Source: Dudresnaya verticillata
Taxonomy: Eukaryota
Direction of reading: 5' to 3'
Length of the DNA: 64,000 bases
Assembly (NCBI GenBank): GCA_977862235.1
Contig: OZ374557.1
Coordinates: 3,162,001 to 3,226,000 of the forward strand
Program-made: the position numbers and the translations under genes
Shown here: positions 61,706 to 64,000 of the stretch, in pieces
Numbering within the stretch: the first letter of the stretch is position 1
Layout: each line of letters begins with the position of its first letter
The notes under the pieces: generated by a model
Seen by the model: the letters and a program-made list of their open reading frames with translations, nothing else
What the model was told of the DNA's origin: nothing
The model's database searches: none

Positions 61706-62661
61706 ATGCCCTTTGTCGCTCCCGCGATGCCAGCCTTCCTCCCGCAGCCAGCACCACTCCCACACCGCGTACGCCCGCGCCCGCAAGCCCCGATATGCCC
61801 GTTCGCCACTCGCTCGCCGCCGAAATCGTCCGCGCCGCGTGCGTTGCAGGTCGTCGCGAACCGGCTGCGTCATGAGCTTCCGACGCTGTTCGCGCCGGGC
61901 GAGAAGGACTATTCGCTCTATGCTCCCTCGGTCACCTTTGAGGACCCGCTGAACAAGTTCGTGGGCGTGTCTCGCTTCGCTTCGAACATCGCCTTTCTGA
62001 ACGAGTCCCCGGTCTTCTCGTCCGCCTCCCTCACCCTGCAAGCGCTCGCAATCGACGCCCCAGGCAACACCGTCCGCACCCGCTGGACCCTCGCCATGGC
62101 CGCCAACCTGCCCGGCGCCCCGTTGTGTCGTTCATGGGACAAAGCGACTACGTTGTCGACCCCGCCTCTGGCAAGGTGGGCAGACATCTCGATTATTGGG
62201 ACTCGCTTGATGGTAGCGCTTTCTTGTCGCTACCGGCCGTCCGTGACCTGCTGGCCCAGTGTATGCCCGGCCGCGTTACCCCAGCTGACCTAGGCGGCTT
62301 TGAGCTACTCAGACGTACGCATATGGTGGAGGTGAGGCGCTTTGGGGATGACGGGAGTGGTGTTGCTCTTGAGAAGGACACGTGGCGAAGTGGCATATTG
62401 CAATGGGCTATTGGGAGCCACTCTGGTAGAAGAAGAGAGGAGCGTGTTGTTAGTGTTGTCGCTGTTCGCACGCTGACGGGGCCGCCGTCATCCCAACTGG
62501 TACTGGATTCCATCGAACGCGAGATGCGCGCGGAGCTGCAACGCGCTGGCTACGCGGAGCCGAGCCAAAACGCTTTTTATGTTTCAGCTATAATGCGCGG
62601 CCGCCGCTTGCACGAATTTTGGGCTGAGCTTCAGCACGTGAGCACTGATGTGGAGTTCTAG
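61706..62661 (+). pseudogene. Plastid-targeted DUF2358 (SnoaL/NTF2-like) plus SOUL-like protein, 1-bp frameshift
   Basis: Transit-peptide-like N-terminus (MPAFLPQ...), then DYSLYAPSVTFEDPLNKF, TVRTRWTL, LP(W)RP, RHLDYWDS, FELLRRT..VEVRRF. The frame shifts at ~62112, where a T of the Trp codon is missing. Confidence 0.75.
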
Positions 62662-62982
62662 TGTCGATAACATTGTGCGGTGAAAGAGCAACTAGGCATC
62701 GACTGTGGAAGAGGGATGGGCATTCGAAGCGTTCCCATTAAAGCGCATCTGAGGCGCGACAAGGGACGGGCATCATGAGAAGTTTTAAAACACTTTCATA
62801 GTTGTTCAGAAGAACATTTTCTTCTTGCAAGCAGCGTTTACATGCCGCCGTCTGGGTATATTCATATCCTATTTTGTTTGCTGATGTCTCCTTTGAGTGA
62901 GTCACACCCTCTTCGAAACTAAGCACTGCGAAGGACCCTTTCTATGTTGAAACCATTCTTTCTTGCCTCGCTATTCTGGTGC

Positions 62983-63975
62983 TCAACTCGGCGGCCTCTC
63001 GGGAAGATCTGATTGTGCTGCTGCGAGCAACGAAGAGTGAGACGGTATCCTTGACTGTTCTTCTTGAAGATCCAAAGCCTCCTCAAGACGTTCCATGCTG
63101 TGGTGAGACAGCTCCAGTCCAGCACCACCCGTTCCGCTGCTGTACACTGAGAACTCATCGTCACCATCGGTAACAAAATTCAGACGAACTTGCCCACGCC
63201 CGAAGAAATCCCTTTCTACATAATTTTCCAACATCGCTGCTTCTTCGTCTTCCACTATTGCTGCAAACAGGGTTGTGAATAGCGTATATGTCAGACCAAC
63301 TAGGAGTAAAGTGATCAACAAGATACCCTTCAGAATTCCACTTAGTTTCGTTACACTCCCTCCCACAAAGGAGGATGTCCCAAAGAGTCCAACCGAGCAT
63401 GTTGTTTGACAAGCCCCGTACAAACCGAGAATATTTGAAAGCGCTACAACTGATCGAGAGTCGTTTCGAGTTTCAGGAGTAACTTTCACTCCGACTGTCC
63501 TTCTTTGGTAAAGGCCACTCTCAAACGGCCGAGATAACTGGTGACCAAACGTCTTCCGTGGCCACGTATGATATGGGACGTTTTCAGAGCATTCGTCGGA
63601 CCGCGCCATAGCCACATCTCCCACTGTCAACCCGATGCTATAGCAAGTTTGTACTTCATTCACTTCTGAGCTATTGGATTCAGCTTGAGCCGTCACCGCA
63701 TTGTCAGACATCGCAGAAACGAGTTTGTTGCTCTCACTTAACGTTGTGATATCAACCATAACGAGGCGAGCACTGTCTGATTGATTCAGTCCCTGTACTC
63801 CGGATGAAATCGCGGGATGTGGTTGGACGCGGGGTTCTCGCGACAGGCGGCAGGTCGGCGACGACCACCCCTGCCAAACAGAGTTGTCTACTGTACCTCT
63901 CTTGCTCTCTCTCGCTCTCTTGAGAAGCGCAGGGGCGTGGCTGAGAAGGGGGCAGTACGCGCGCAGCAGTAGCAC
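62983..63975 (-). CDS. Hypothetical membrane protein (may extend beyond the window edge)
   Basis: 330-aa ORF with one hydrophobic segment (GILLITLLLVGLTYTLFTTLFAAIV). No recognised domain. Confidence 0.5.
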   Translation of the reverse strand: MLLLRAYCPLLSHAPALLKRARESKRGTVDNSVWQGWSSPTCRLSREPRVQPHPAISSGVQGLNQSDSARLVMVDITTLSESNKLVSAMSDNAVTAQAESNSSEVNEVQTCYSIGLTVGDVAMARSDECSENVPYHTWPRKTFGHQLSRPFESGLYQRRTVGVKVTPETRNDSRSVVALSNILGLYGACQTTCSVGLFGTSSFVGGSVTKLSGILKGILLITLLLVGLTYTLFTTLFAAIVEDEEAAMLENYVERDFFGRGQVRLNFVTDGDDEFSVYSSGTGGAGLELSHHSMERLEEALDLQEEQSRIPSHSSLLAAAQSDLPERPPS

Positions 63976-64000
63976 GGGGCGCGGAGAGCGGGCGCAGCGT

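Overview
Eukaryotic, transposon-dominated window, probably from a red alga (inferred from intron-poor genes, an 'MPAFLP...' plastid-type transit peptide and the element types). It has four parts. (1) About 3-15 kb is a decaying multi-gene DNA-transposon-like unit. It carries a Kyakuja-Dileera-Zisupton (KDZ)-type transposase, a Ulp1/C48 SUMO protease and two unknown ORFs. About 22 copies of one 16-bp palindrome (GGGACA-N4-TGTCCC) are spread through it, including inside coding sequence. (2) About 15-45 kb is a nest of two decayed chromodomain-bearing Ty3/Gypsy elements, one with a large antisense extra ORF. (3) One Ty1/Copia family has invaded repeatedly: 12 copies of a ~990-1035 bp LTR, 5-bp TSDs, and a half-tRNA-iMet-type PBS. 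Its copies mark the breakpoints of a 5.5-kb inversion, a 3479-bp tandem duplication and a 720-bp inverted duplication of a host gene. (4) The right end holds host genes: a frameshifted DUF2358/SOUL-like gene and an unknown membrane protein. All calls come from reading motifs by eye; no database search was run.
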